This document shows, piece by piece, positions 1-12,539 of a stretch of DNA of 64,000 bases; position 1 is the stretch's first letter, and each line of letters begins with the position of its first letter. The notes beneath the pieces are model-generated. The model did not search any database. It saw only the letters and a list, made by a program, of their open reading frames with translations, and was not told the DNA's origin. The translations under genes and the position numbers were made by a program. The stretch is taken from assembly GCA_951406725.2 (NCBI GenBank), contig OX597830.1, positions 53,072,001-53,136,000 of the forward strand. The letters are read 5' to 3'. Source of the DNA: Octopus vulgaris (lineage: Eukaryota).

Positions 1-332
1 AACAAAATATTGGATTAATTAGACTAAAGTTTTATTTGTGAAATACCTTTGTTTTGAATTTGCTGCAGAAAATGGTCTATGTTTGTGGTGATGAGGGGGT
101 GCACTAGGAATGTGGTCTGAGTGCCATGGGGGTGGCAGCCTGAAAAAGTTTGGGAACTACTATTTTATCTGAACAATTTTGTATTTTTTTGTTTTTAATG
201 TTTTCTGCTCTCTGTGGATAAAATATCCGACCACAATTAGAGACTCAATAGGTTTAAATGTTTTAATTGTACTCTGAAAAAAATGAGGTTAATATGTTGA
301 ATAATTATAATCTTGTTAAGAAAAACACATAT

Positions 333-566
333 CTGTTTCTTTACTACCCACAAGGGGCTAAACATAGAGGGGACAAACAAGGACAGACAAAGGGATTAAG
401 TTGATTACATCGACCCCAGTGTGTAACTGGTACTTAATTTATCGACCCCGAAAGGATGAAAGGCAAAGTCGACCTCAGTGGAATTTGAACTCGGAATGTA
501 ACGGCAGACGAAATACGGCTACGCATTTCGCCCGGCGTGCTAACGTTTCTGCCAGCTCGCCACCTT
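333..566 (-). mobile_element. SINE family A copy with 20-bp TSD
   Basis: Family sequence ...gagctggcagaaacgttagcacgccgggcgaaat...gagttcaaattcc...gtcgactttgcctttcatcc recurs many times in the window. Flanked by ttgttaag(a/g)aaaacacatat at 313-332 and 567-586. Confidence 0.85.
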
Positions 567-644
567 TTGTTAAGGAAAACACATATAAGGCATGTAAACA
601 ATTGACACAAATAAGACAAAGATGATTGGTGATTGATCTGATTG

Positions 645-1040
645 GAAATTAGTGTGGCTATGTGGTTAAGAAGTTTGCTTCCCAACCACATGGTTTTGGG
701 TTCAGTCCCAGTGCATGGCAACTTGGGCAAGTGTCTCCTACAAGTAGCTCCAGATTGGCCAAAGCCTTGTTGTAAATGGTTTTGGTTGCTGGAAACTGAA
801 AGCTGTCAAGCATGTGAATGTATGTTTGCGTGACCTTGTCTTGATATCACATGTTTGTTACAACTGTCAGTAATTTGCAAGTGGGGGTCCTTTGTTTCCA
901 ATCTTGAAAAATATTGAAAATGATTGAAAAGTATTACCTTGCTTGGGAAAAAGGTGAGGATTGGCGTCAGGAAGGGCATTTGAGCAAAGAAAATCTGCCT
1001 TGATGAATACCTTTTGATATGCAAGCATGGAAGAGTGGAA
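645..1040 (+). mobile_element. tRNA-derived SINE family B copy, diverged
   Basis: gtggctatgtggttaag...gggttcagtccc (A/B-box-like) followed by cttgggcaagtg. Similar copies near 3740, 26720-27120(-), 32340, 51780 and 63620. Confidence 0.75.
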
Positions 1041-1072
1041 TCAGGGGAGGTAATCTAGTATACTTTGATCCA

Positions 1073-1300
1073 TTCATCCTTTAGTATTCCTGTTACTCCG
1101 TTAAATGTAATGATTATTTATTCACATTGTTTTTAATTAATTATGCATCATTTTGTATCTTTGAAATTTTCATAATGTGGTTACGTATTTTTAGATTGAC
1201 ATTGAAGGACAGGCACAACAAGCTGGATATGGCTGGTTTCAACATAGAACAACTAGAATATTTTGGCTGGATATAGCTGGTTTAAATGCTTAAAGGGTTA
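1073..1300 (-). mobile_element. TTAA/CCC-ended (piggyBac-like) MITE, copy 1
   Basis: Ends in ...gctggtttaaatgcttaaagggttaa. It is the reverse complement of the element at 1542-1767. Confidence 0.6.
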
Positions 1301-1344
1301 AGCACACTTACCTTTAAATATATTAATAGTTTAAAACAAAAAGT

Positions 1345-1536
1345 TGGTGTGCTGGCAGAAACATTAGCACGCCGGGCGAAATGCGTTGCCATATTTCGTT
1401 TGCCGTCTGAGTTCAACCTTGCCTTTCATCCTTTCGGGGTCGGTAAATAAAGTACCAGTCACGCACTGGGGTCAATGTAATCGACTTAATCCCTTTGTTC
1501 CCTCTATATTTAGCTCCCTGTGGGCAATAAAGAAAT
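1345..1536 (+). mobile_element. SINE family A copy
   Basis: Same sequence as 333-566 in the opposite orientation. Confidence 0.85.
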
Positions 1537-1541
1537 ATATA

Positions 1542-1767
1542 TTAGCCTTTTAGTATTTAAACCGGCCATATCCAGCCCAAATATTCTACATGTTTTATAT
1601 TTGAACTAGCCATATCTAACCTCTCATACCTAACCTACATTGACATTCTAAAAATAAGCAATCACATCATTGAAACCTCAAAGCTCTAAGACAATGCTTG
1701 AGTAATTCAAAACAATTTGATGGAAAAGTATTACATTTAACAGAGTAATCTGAACACTAAAGGGTTA
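1542..1767 (+). mobile_element. TTAA/CCC-ended (piggyBac-like) MITE, copy 2
   Basis: ttagccttttagtatttaaaccggccatatcc...ctaaagggttaa. Confidence 0.6.
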
Positions 1768-1863
1768 ATAGTTTAAAGCAAAAACCATTGTTTTTTTTTT
1801 CTATGCATGTATCTTGTTACATTTAGTTTATATTTTGAAGTATTAACATTTTATTTATTGTAG

Positions 1864-1998
1864 GAATACAAACGAAAGTTGACCAAAGTGACGACAGTCC
1901 GCGAAGAGTTACAGTCACACATCCAAAATTTACCTGACTTAACATTATTACAAGATGTTACCCCATTACCATCAGCAGGAGACCTCTTTTCCATTTGA
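1864..1998 (+). CDS. Probable terminal coding exon of an unidentified plus-strand gene (upstream exons outside window)
   Basis: Acceptor ttttatttattgtag|GAA, then open frame EYKRKLTKVTTVREELQSHIQNLPDLTLLQDVTPLPSAGDLFSI-TGA (1996-1998). AATAAA at 2063-2068. Protein-like composition. Missed by the ORF track. Confidence 0.75.
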   Translation, partial: EYKRKLTKVTTVREELQSHIQNLPDLTLLQDVTPLPSAGDLFSI

Positions 1999-2062
1999 CC
2001 AGCCTCAACATTAATGAACCCTTTTTTTTTTGTTTTTGTTATCCCTCCAAACCCCATTTTAG

Positions 2063-2068
2063 AATAAA
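2063..2068 (+). terminator. Candidate polyadenylation signal of the plus-strand gene
   Basis: AATAAA ~65 nt after the stop codon at 1998. Confidence 0.35.
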
Positions 2069-2319
2069 TTAGTTACAATGCTAACAGGAAACAATGAAGA
2101 AAAAAACAATAACAATCCATATAAAAACAAAATCCAACTGACATCAAATTTGTTTTCCTTCCATCAAAGTTTGTATATTGAACCATGGCAAACACAGTTG
2201 TGTTGGGCAACTGTTGAAGATGTAAATTTTTTTCTTTCAATATATTATTCTTATATACTAGTTTTTGTTTTTCTTTATTAATGCCTTGTGGTGTTACTTA
2301 TATTTCTTTTTACATTTCA

Positions 2320-2610
2320 TTGAGTGTGATCGTTACCAACGTCGCTTCACTGGCATCTGTGCCGGTGGCACGTGTAAAAAGATTCGAGCGAGGTCATTGC
2401 CAGTACCGCCTGACTGGCCTCCGTGCCGGTAGTACGTGAAAAGCACCCACTACACTCACGGAATGGTTGGCGTTAGGAAGGGCATCCAGCTGTAGAAATT
2501 CTGCCAAATCAAGATTGGAGCCTGGTGCAGCCTCCTGGCTTCCCAGACCCCAGTCGAACTGTCCAACTCATGCTAGCATGGAAAGCAGACGTTAAACAAT
2601 GATGATGATT
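2320..2610 (+). mobile_element. Repeat family C (non-LTR/SINE 3' end with (GAT)n tail)
   Basis: gcacccactacactc...ggaagggcatccagctgtagaaa...catggaaagc..gttaaac-(gat)n. Other copies at 11035-11255(+) and 53425-53875(-). Confidence 0.75.
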
Positions 2611-2723
2611 TCATCTGTGGGATGAGGAATCAAGACAATAAAGTACCAGAGTGATTTATTCAGCCCTAGGTTACCATTCTGGTACTTTATTGTATTGATT
2701 CCTCATCCCACAGATGAAATCAT
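2605..2723. repeat. Near-perfect inverted repeat (46-bp arms, 27-nt spacer)
   Basis: 2605-2650 is the reverse complement of 2678-2723 with one mismatch. Confidence 0.95.
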
Positions 2724-2754
2724 ATTTGTAAACAAAAGGCTCGTTTTGATGTCA

Positions 2755-3695
2755 CTTATGCCAAGAAAACCGAAGTGATGTTTCAGTCAGCCCCCGGCAA
2801 ACAATACCATGAGCCTCAATAATTTCATCGCTTAAATAAAGATTTCAATACCATGAGCCTCAGATAAAGGTGAACGGACGGATCCTGGAAAACTTCACCT
2901 ACCTGGGCAGCACTCTCTCCTGCAATGCCAACATAGATTCTGAAATCATCAACAGAATCTCCAAGGCAAGCAGCGCGTTTGGGAGACTGCGAAAGAAAGT
3001 CTGGGAGTGGAGAGGAATCAGCCTCAACACCAAGCTGAAAGTCTACCACGCAGTCGTGCTTACCACCCTACTATACGGCTGCAAGATGTGGACTGCTTAC
3101 CGAAGGCACGAGCGCCAGATAAACCACTTCCACCTCAGGTGTCTTCGGAACCTCCTTCACATCTGCTGGCAGGACAAAGTCCCAGACACGGAAGTTCTGA
3201 AGCAGGCAGATCTCCCTAGCACCATCACGATCATGCGCAAGGCCCAGCTGAGATGGGCAGGCCACATTTCCCGCATGTCCGACACTCGCATCCCAAAGCA
3301 GCTCTTCTACGGTGAACTCAGCCAGGACAAACACAAAGTCGGAGGGTAGAAGAAGCGCTTCAAGGACAGTCTCAAAATCTCTCTCAAAGACTTCTCCATC
3401 GGCACAGAGACTTGGGAGACACTTGCTGCCGACCGCTCATCCTGGTGCAGCGCAATCACCACAGGAGCAAAGACAGCCGAGGAGAGACGGATTCAGTCAG
3501 CAGAACAGAAACGCCAGATGTGGAAAGCCAGAGCCACCTGCACCAATAGCACAGCCCCTACCCACTTCTGCCCCACTTGTTGGAGGGGCTTTCTTGCCCG
3601 GATTGGCCTCACCAGCCACCTCCGGTCTCATAGCAGCAATTCCACCAAATGATGTCAATGGTCATCTTCGAACCCGAAGGCCGAACAAAAAGTAA
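2755..3695 (+). mobile_element. 5'-truncated RTE-clade LINE (RT C-terminus plus C2H2 finger), disrupted
   Basis: FTYLGSTLS, RISKASSAFGRL, TLLYGC, LRWAGHISRM, PKQLFYGEL; stop at 3347; then CPTC...LTSHLRSH. Ends near (taag)n and (TA)n. Confidence 0.9.
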
Positions 3696-3703
3696 GTAAG
3701 TAA

Positions 3704-3744
<41 letters not shown>

Positions 3745-4834
3745 GTAAGAAGTTTGCCTCCCAACCACATGGTTCTGGGTTCAACCCCACTGCATGGCAC
3801 CTTGGGCAAGTGTTTTCTACTATAGCTTTGGGCTGACCAAAACCTTGTGAAAGAATTTGATAGACAGAAACTGAAAAGAAGCCTGTCGTGTGTGCGCATC
3901 TTTGTCCCCACCACTGCCTGACACCATTCGGCAGAAAAGACTGTTTAAATAAGTTACCAAGCTTTAAAAAATAAGTAGTAGGGTCCATTCCGTTCAGCTA
4001 AAAAATTCTTCAAGGTGTGCCCCAGTGTGGCCACAGTCTCATGACTGAAACAAGTGGAAGATTAATGATGATTATTCACACACACAAACTGGATCCATGA
4101 CCAGATATGCTGAGAGCATTTCTCCATGAGGAGAGACTTCCATCTCCATGTTTCTTCCATCAATACAAAGACAGGCTACATTCATTCATAGAAACACCCT
4201 CACCAAACATAGCACAAAAAGTTACAGTCAGGCATGGCAAGACTTACTCAAATCGACAGATGAAATTACAGATATTTTACTTCTCCAATTCCCCTAATAT
4301 TTTGATTATAATGAAAATTAATAGAAAAAAACACTTAGGAAGTAATCTTGTTTGAAATATCTAAAAACAGGAAAATTGCAACTGCTAAAACATAAAACAA
4401 AGAATAAACAAAGACAAATGAAAGTTTTTATTTATTTTTTTTACCTTTCAAATTTTTATTCAAGTATGTAAAAAGTACAAAGACAATAGTTGGACCTGAA
4501 GTATTTCACATAGTTTAGGAGTTTTTAAAAATTTTTTGGTTGAATTTTTTAAGGAGGGGGGATATTTTTTTTGTTTTTGTTTTTTTTTATTGATACAAAA
4601 ATACTTTTTTTTAACCATTTTTTTTGAAATTATAATTTTTTAAATATATTTTTTAAAAATTGTTTCCATTTTTTTTTTCCTGTCAAGTTTTTTTTTTTTC
4701 CACCCATCTTCCCTCACGGAGCAACGTGATTTCTTTCACATGACAACAGTGGTTTTAATAATGGAATTAAATAGAGAGTAGACGGGGCATGAGTGAGGAT
4801 AGGGCAAAAAGATTTATACAAAGAGCTTGAAGAA

Positions 4835-4985
4835 TATACAAATAGGCCCTGATCAAGCAGAAAGACAAACAAAAGTATTCCAAAGGGTGGGTATCTAAGA
4901 GTACATCATCTAATGTGTCCTCTTCTTTTTTTTTTAGAACAGTGTGGGTGTGACTTGAAAAAAATTGGGTTGCTATCTCTTCACT
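4835..4985 (+). repeat. Interspersed repeat family E
   Basis: ccctgatcaagcag...atctaatgtgtcct...ggtgtgacttga...gctat. Related copies at ~6795-6960(+), 8835-9045(+), 16150-16330(-), 18175-18365(-) and 59495-59580(+). Confidence 0.6.
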
Positions 4986-7843
4986 ATGAAAGGTTTCCCT
5001 CTCCACTCAACTTGGACTACTACAAGGGGGTTTGCTAGAATGTAGTTGCAGGTAAAGACAATAAAAAGGATGGTACTTCTGGCCCAGTGAGTGAGAGGTA
5101 CTTCCAACCCAGTGAAAATTTAGAGTAGTAAAACTAAATAAGGGCAGTAAACACTCAACCAAAACAAATCATTAGTAATAGTAGTGTACTAATAGCAGTA
5201 GTAAAAGATTCTTTTAACTTGTATGTTGTTTTCATTTAGAGGACAGAAAGGCTCATGTGTGTGTGTTTGTGTGTATATAATAATAATGATAGTAATTACT
5301 ATAGGCACAGGCCTGAAATTTTGAGAGAATTAAGTTGATTACACTGACCCCCAATTCTCAACTGGCTCTTATTTGATCGACCCTGAAAAGATGAAAGGCA
5401 ACACTGACCATGGCAGAGTTTGAGTTCAGAACATAAAGAACTAGAGGAAATGCCACTAAGCATTCTTGACCGACACACTAATGATTCTGCCAACTTGCTG
5501 TCATGTTTATATATTGTGCAAATTTTTATAAACATATACATGCACAGCTGTTCTGACACACAGAAACTAGTTAATAGGCCAACATACACTTTAAAACATC
5601 AATAGATAATAGATATAACAGCAAACGGTGTATTCTGCATGTATGTGTATATATATATATATATATATATACATGCATGCAGATATATACAAACCTATTA
5701 AAAAGCAGATGGATGTACATCATTAAATTACAGCTGTATAACAATAGATGGGTTTTAGTTTAAATGTCTTGCCAACTGGGTCAGGAGCTGCAACATCTGG
5801 ACAAATGGTAAACTGGCTCGTGGGCAATATTACAAGCAGCTAAATGAATAATTTAGTTCTATTATTGGTTTTGTTCATTGCCTGCGATCATACTGGAATC
5901 ATGCCATTAAAATTACAATCGAATACACCAACCTGTTTCAAATAGAATAATGTGTTCAACATGGAACCATGTTTTAAGCTGCATGCAAATTGCTGGGCTA
6001 AAGTTGTCCAGCCTCTCCCCAGAAGTTTCAACATCAAATACCACAGACAGTTATCATTGTTAGCTGTAAAGACAGACTGGCTTCAATTGGATGCTGACAT
6101 AATTTGTTTAGCTGGTATTTATTTATATTATTAATTAATTACTAATTAGTGAGAATATATGAAAAATGCTTAGACAAGTCAGATCAGTCTTAGTAAACTA
6201 GGAAGGAAAGCTTTTATTGTCTTGCTGTTATTCACAAGCACACTGTCCAATAAATTAACACTGCCTACCACCCATGCTTCATTTATACATGTGTGTAATT
6301 AAATATGTATTTATACATACATACATCATACATGCATGCACATTTCGTTTTTTGCCAGTTACAATGTGAGTAAAACAAAACTTCTGAAAGAAACAAAAAT
6401 ATATCAGAAGAAATACATTGTCCTTTCTTACCAGCCTCCACCTAATTCAACAGCAAAGATGAGAAAATGATATTTACAGATGTTATAAACATCAATTTAT
6501 GTTGGGAAAGAGAAACAGGTCTACTTACAAGATCACACTTACACACACACACACATGCACTGCAACTATCATTTACTGAGTGGCTCCCGAAGGTTGTCCA
6601 TTCTACCTCTTCCTCAGAACTCCCTAGACTATAACCTGGCTGACTCCAACTGGTGTTTTACAATGTCCACCCTGGTAGGATTTGAACTTAGAACACTAAA
6701 GGATATAACTAAACATTTAATCTACCTGACCACCACCATTTTCTATTTGATTATTCAACTAAGGAACATAAACCAACAATGGTAGCTGTAGCACCATTTA
6801 GCCTTAGATTAACCTTGACAGGCCAGGCCTATGATCAAAGCCATTCTACCTATGATCATTCGAAGATTACATTATTTAATGTGGTTGTCTCTTTTAAAGA
6901 GGGAGGGAGACATGACAGCTATTTTCAGCAAAATGAATGACCACATAGATGCTCCCCTATTGGTTTGTGTATGTGTGTGAATATATGACTATATACAGCA
7001 GTTATATACAAAAAATGCTTACAGAGCAGTGTGTGTGTTCAATTGAGGACATGGCCAATATAGCCCAGGAAACAGATCAAGCTCAAAAGCTTTTAAATCT
7101 AGTCAATAATTCTATTTACCAAGACCTTAGCATCACAAACAGTGATGTCTGGCTAGGATAAGAAGACCCTAAGCTGTTATCAACACCATCACTAGTTACT
7201 GCCAGGAAATTTAAACGGAAAAATGATGAAAGAAAAGAAAGGAGTTGGGGGGGCAGATAGAAAAATTATATTTGCTGTAACATAAAAATTGTGTATGGGT
7301 CCATGTATCTCTCTGCATGTGTGAATGCCTGTTTGTGAGTGTGTAATATGTGTCTCTCCATGGGGGCGGTGTGTGAATGCTTGAATGTGTGCAAAGCATT
7401 GAAGATCATTGTTATATATAGTTGTAATAAAAAAATTATTCTTTTTTTGAAAACAAAGTCAAACATGCAAATACAAGGAGTACATGTAGGAGAAATAGGG
7501 AGTACACCTAAGGGAGAATATTTATAGCACTAGCATACCATCACAGAAACTGGGTGTTTGGATTTAGACAACATTCATGACAGAGAAAATGAGTTTAATC
7601 CTGTTCGGTTACCATTTTCCCATTTGTTTGAATGACTGGCAAAATATGACCATTAATACTCAGTCCCATGGAGCAGCACCTTGGGCAAGTCACCATCATC
7701 ATCATTTAACATCTTATATGTATATGTGTATGCTTGTCTTGGCATTGTATGCTAACTGCAAGCAAACGTGATCATCATACAAGCAGTATCTTCATTTCTA
7801 GTCTTCTGTGAAAAGCACATCAGGCCATGGGGAAATATTACCT

Positions 7844-8060
7844 ATTTCTTTACTACCCACAAGGGGCAAAACACAGAGAGGTCAAACGGATTAAGTCGAT
7901 TATATCGACCCCAGTGCATTACTGGTACTTAATTTATCGACCCCGAAAGGATGAAAGGCAAAGTCGACCTCGGCGGAATTTGAACCCAGAATGTAACGGC
8001 AGATGAAATACCGCTAAGCATTTCGCCCGGCGTGCTAACGATTCTGCCAGTTTGCCGCTT
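7844..8060 (-). mobile_element. SINE family A nested in an older repeat, 19-bp TSD
   Basis: ccatggggaaata(t/c)tacct at 7825-7843 and 8061-8079. Confidence 0.88.
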
Positions 8061-8189
8061 CCATGGGGAAATACTACCTTGCTTGGAAACAAGTGAGAGT
8101 TAGCAACCAGCTGTGGAAAACCTGCCTTAACAAGTTCCATCTGACATGCAAGCATGGAAAAGTGGACATATGATGATTATTATTATTAT

Positions 8190-8780
8190 TATTGTGGTGA
8201 ACTAGCAGAACTGCTGTTTTGAGTTCAAATTCTGTCATGAACTTTAATTTTCATATTTCCAGGGTCAATAAAATAAAATACTGGTCACATTTTCAAAATT
8301 GCTGGCCTTGTACTTAATTTTGAAACCATTATTAAGGTCACATGCTAGAAGAACTGTTAAAGCATTGGCAAAAGTTCTTAGCATTATTATTTCCACTATA
8401 TTCCGAGTTCAAATCCTGCTGAAGTCAGCTTTACCCTTCATCCTTTTAGGGTCAATAAAATAACATACAAGTCAAGTACTGGTAGTAGTGATACCAAATT
8501 ACCTACTCTCCCCAAAATTGCCAGTCCTGTGCCTAAATCAAAAACCATTATTCTTACTATTAAGGGAGCAAGCTGGAAGAATTGTTAGAGTATCAGGTAA
8601 AATGTTTAGTGGCATTTATTTTGAATCTATTTTGAGTTCAATTCTGCAGAGATAGACTTTGCCTTTCATCCCTTCAAGGTCAATAAAATAATTGAAGTAC
8701 CAGTCGAACACTGGGCATGACATTACTGACTTAGGCCTCACTCAAAATTCCAGGCTGTGTGTTTATAGTAGAAAGAATTA
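8190..8780 (+). repeat. Head-to-tail array of about three old family-A-like SINEs
   Basis: Repeated gagttcaaat...cctttcatcc...ggtcaataaaa...ggcc-tgtg units separated by (att)n. A similar array lies at 29500-30100. Confidence 0.7.
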
Positions 8781-9469
8781 CTAATATTAAGGTAATCACT
8801 TCAGAAACAATAGGTTATGTGACTAAATGTGTTTGTGCCCAGAGTCGTTTTGATCAAGGTCAGCCCTGATCCAACAGACTTTATATTAGAGATATTCCAT
8901 CTCTGACCAACCATATTTAGTTGGAAATAGGGTATTAAATAGTGTATCTAATGTGTCCTTCATTTTCTTTTTAAAGTCTGTTTGGTGTGCTGAAGATTTA
9001 GCTTCTATTTCTAGTGCATCAAGCAACCACATGGAAGCTTCCTTGGTTTAAACCACCAAATAAAGCAAGTACCAGTAATATATTATCCCACAAACTTCTA
9101 AAATATTGAGTGAGCTGTCAGATATAATAGATTAATAGTTATAAAAGCTTTAAAAAGGTATTTTATCTATTGCTTTGCTGATTCTACCATCTCCAAAAGT
9201 ATGATGGGGTCTGTTACACATCAATAACAGACATTCTTTTTGTCTAACAATGATGTATAAAAAACAAAAGAGAAAGAAAAAGAAAACCCATGCAAATATC
9301 AAAATGAAAATTTCATAAATTAGCCAACAAGAACTTATAAGAATTACCCTGAATTCCACCCTTATATAATAGTAGCTTTTTAATCTTGGGCATTCAAAAA
9401 ATTCATAATAGAGTTTACATGGTTTATGACTAAGCTATCTTCCTAACTAATGGTACATGTGTGTGTGTG

Positions 9470-9746
9470 TGTATATCACGTGATCACGTGACTGACCAGG
9501 CTATCAGATGTTGCTACACATTGCTGGTCACAATGCACTTCTCATTGTTTTAGCCTTCAAATGACGCCACCCCGCTGGCTAAGCGAGCAGGCCAATAGAA
9601 GAAAGAGTGAGGGAAAGAGTACAGCAGGGATCACCACCACCCCTCTGCTGGAGCCACGTGGAGCTTTAGGTGTTATCGCTCAATAAACACTCACAACGCC
9701 CAATCTGGGAATCGAAATCACGATCCTACAACCGCGAGTCCACTGC
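9470..9746 (-). mobile_element. tRNA-derived SINE family D
   Basis: Closely matches 50712-50980, whose minus-strand head reads gtggaggcacaatggctcagtggttaggg...gtttcgattcccagacc. Confidence 0.8.
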
Positions 9747-11924
9747 ATATATATATATGTATATAGACTAGGTATAAAGTTAATCACTGCAGACGGTATT
9801 TAGGTAGGATGATATGTAGTAATCAGCCAAATGGACTTAATATCTTACTGGTGCCTGTTTTATAGATGTTGGAGAATAAAAGGCAGAATTAATACTGACA
9901 ACATATAACAATAAATGTGCTAAAACACCATTATTATCCATGTCGAAAAGCTTAACCCTACATACAGAAAGAGAGAGAGTTTACAAATAAATCTATCCAC
10001 CTGCTTTACACAACTGTTTCAGTGTTGTGGAAATTCGTTGCAAGAAATGTTTTGATATTTTTTTGTGTGTGTGTTAGAATAAACACAGAAAAATATATTA
10101 ACTACAAAATAAAAACCCTTATTCCTTTATATAATACATATTTTCAATTTCAAAATAAAATTAAAATAGAAAATACAAAAACTGAAAGCTTCGCTGTTAT
10201 GGCAGGCAGTGAAAGTGAAAGTAGTTTGGAGGAGACAAAGGAATCAAGGAGAGGAGGAGCAATTGAAATTTATTCGTTTTTACGTTTGTGTTTCCATGTT
10301 AGCATGGGTTGGACAAGTATTCATTATTGAGACATTGCTTATAGCAGGACACCCTTTCTGATGCTAAACATTTTTTTTTTGACTTTTTTTTCCGAGAGAA
10401 GAATTTTTATACCATAAGTCTTTGAAAGTACAGAGCTAGGAGAAAATTGTGGACAGGGAACAAACTTCACTACTTCTAGTTAATCACTTTTCACACACAT
10501 AATATATATACTTAATCATTTAATAATATATATACTTAATCATTTAATAATATACATGAAAATGGCAAAATGCTGTAACATCTCTTGTGGGATGAGAACA
10601 CTGCGTCTACTATAAACCATACAGGAATGTTAACCACTAACCCAAAGTGACACCACAATTGCCAACTGCCTAAATAAGTTAACTTAAATAGCTACAATGA
10701 CATACTATTGACCTGGAGGATCCAAGTCTATACAGTATTCAAGGTATACTATCTAATGATATAGATGGAGAGGCTTCATACTATTTCTTGCTTCTAAATT
10801 CCACCAACAAGGCACTGGTCAACTGACCCCAAACCACATGCTTGAGACAAACTTCTTAACCATACAACCATCCCTGTGCCTTTAACTATAAATAATAAAA
10901 TGGATTACATTTTTATATAAACCCTAACTCTAAAACTACCCCTACACACACCTGTACCATAGTCTGGTGCTAGTTTCCAGGTATTTAAAGGAGAGAGAGA
11001 AATCCTGACTGGTTGCCACTGAACATCTATGTCTAGTTGCCAGCGCCACCCGACTAGCGTCCGTGTCGGTGACACGTAAAAGCACCCACTACACTCTTGG
11101 AGTGATTGGCATTAGGAAGGGCATCCAGCTGTAGAAACTCTGCCAGATCAAGATTGGAGCCTGGTGCAGCCTCCTGTCTTCCCAGACCCCGGTCGAACCA
11201 TCCAACCCATACTAGCATGGAAAACGGATGTTAAACGATGATGATGATGATGATGAAATAATTAGACATTATCATAAAACCCTACTACAAATCCAACAAC
11301 TATCTCAAAGCAAGTACACACACACACAGAATGCTCCACAAAACTCTATAAGAATGTGTTAGCATCTTCTGGTGTTTTACATGAAAAACAAATGTTTAAC
11401 TATATGCTTTTTCCTACACAGTTGTAACGAGAAGAGAGTTAAATTGTAAGGTGTTCACAAACTGTGCCATGACCAGGCAGTTTGGAAGAAATACAATAAA
11501 AAAAAAGCTTCACCAATTTCAGACCAAATATTTTGTGGTAATTAAGGATCACAATTCATAATCCCTCTAATTTTTATTCTATTTTCTTCCAAACCTTAAA
11601 AAAGATTCACAACTCACCAATGACTATTTTGATTTTTTTCAAATATAATTTAGGTTATCATTATTGCCAGGAAAAATATTTTAGGTCGCAAAATTGGGAT
11701 TTAATATGTGACGTGAGCAGAAGAGAGTGAGATTGTATGAGAAATGTGATTGCTTCCTATGTTGAAAGACACATTACCTTGGCTGAATGCCTTTCCAGTT
11801 TGAAGGTATTCAATCTGGAGCAGCCAGAGTTATGGGCCTTGCACTGTGGCACAATAACGGAAGTCAACCAAGTTTGAACTTGTTAGTATCTGACCCACTA
11901 GCTCAACACCTTAACACACATTCA

Positions 11925-11964
<40 letters not shown>

Positions 11965-12427
11965 TGCATAATTATTGAGCATACAAAAGCTTGGCTGTCG
12001 CTCACATGCAAGTATGGTATAACCTTAGTAACTTGTACCATACTTGCACAAGTTGTTTTAGGTACCTGCATTATCACAAACCGGCAACACTTTTGACTTA
12101 GAAGAATGTAAGAAAAATGTGAGAGAGAGAGACAATTTCTACAGCACAAGGCTGGTAGTGTCAGCAGAATAGACTAGAGCAACATGGAATTAAGTGCCTT
12201 GCTCAAGGATACAAGTCACAACCATTTGTTTCTGCCTCAATAGGTCTCATCAGCATTAGAATTGTCATTACCTATCCCTAGCAGTCAAGGGACATTACCC
12301 ATGGTGACAAAAGTATACTTCCTAAGTTACTCATCATATGACTGGTCGTACTATATATATATATCTTGGTAAAAACGGTAAGATAACAAAAGAAAGAAAG
12401 AGACCTCAATATTATGTAAATATAATA

Positions 12428-12539
12428 TGTGACAATTATTCAGTATCCAAGATAAAACTGAGTTTCAGATGCCCAGGTGGAAATCTACCTTGGCATCCAA
12501 AACTCAGAGTTTTTTCTTGGCTACCGAATAATTGTCACA
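12428..12539. repeat. Fold-back hairpin element (~54-bp arms, very small loop)
   Basis: tgtgacaattattcagtatccaag...gatgcccaggtgg pairs with ctaccttggcatc...cttggctaccgaataattgtcaca. Confidence 0.9.

Noticed and set aside
1851-2057. 68-aa minus-strand ORF
   Set aside because: Antisense shadow of the plus-strand terminal exon; no recognisable homology.
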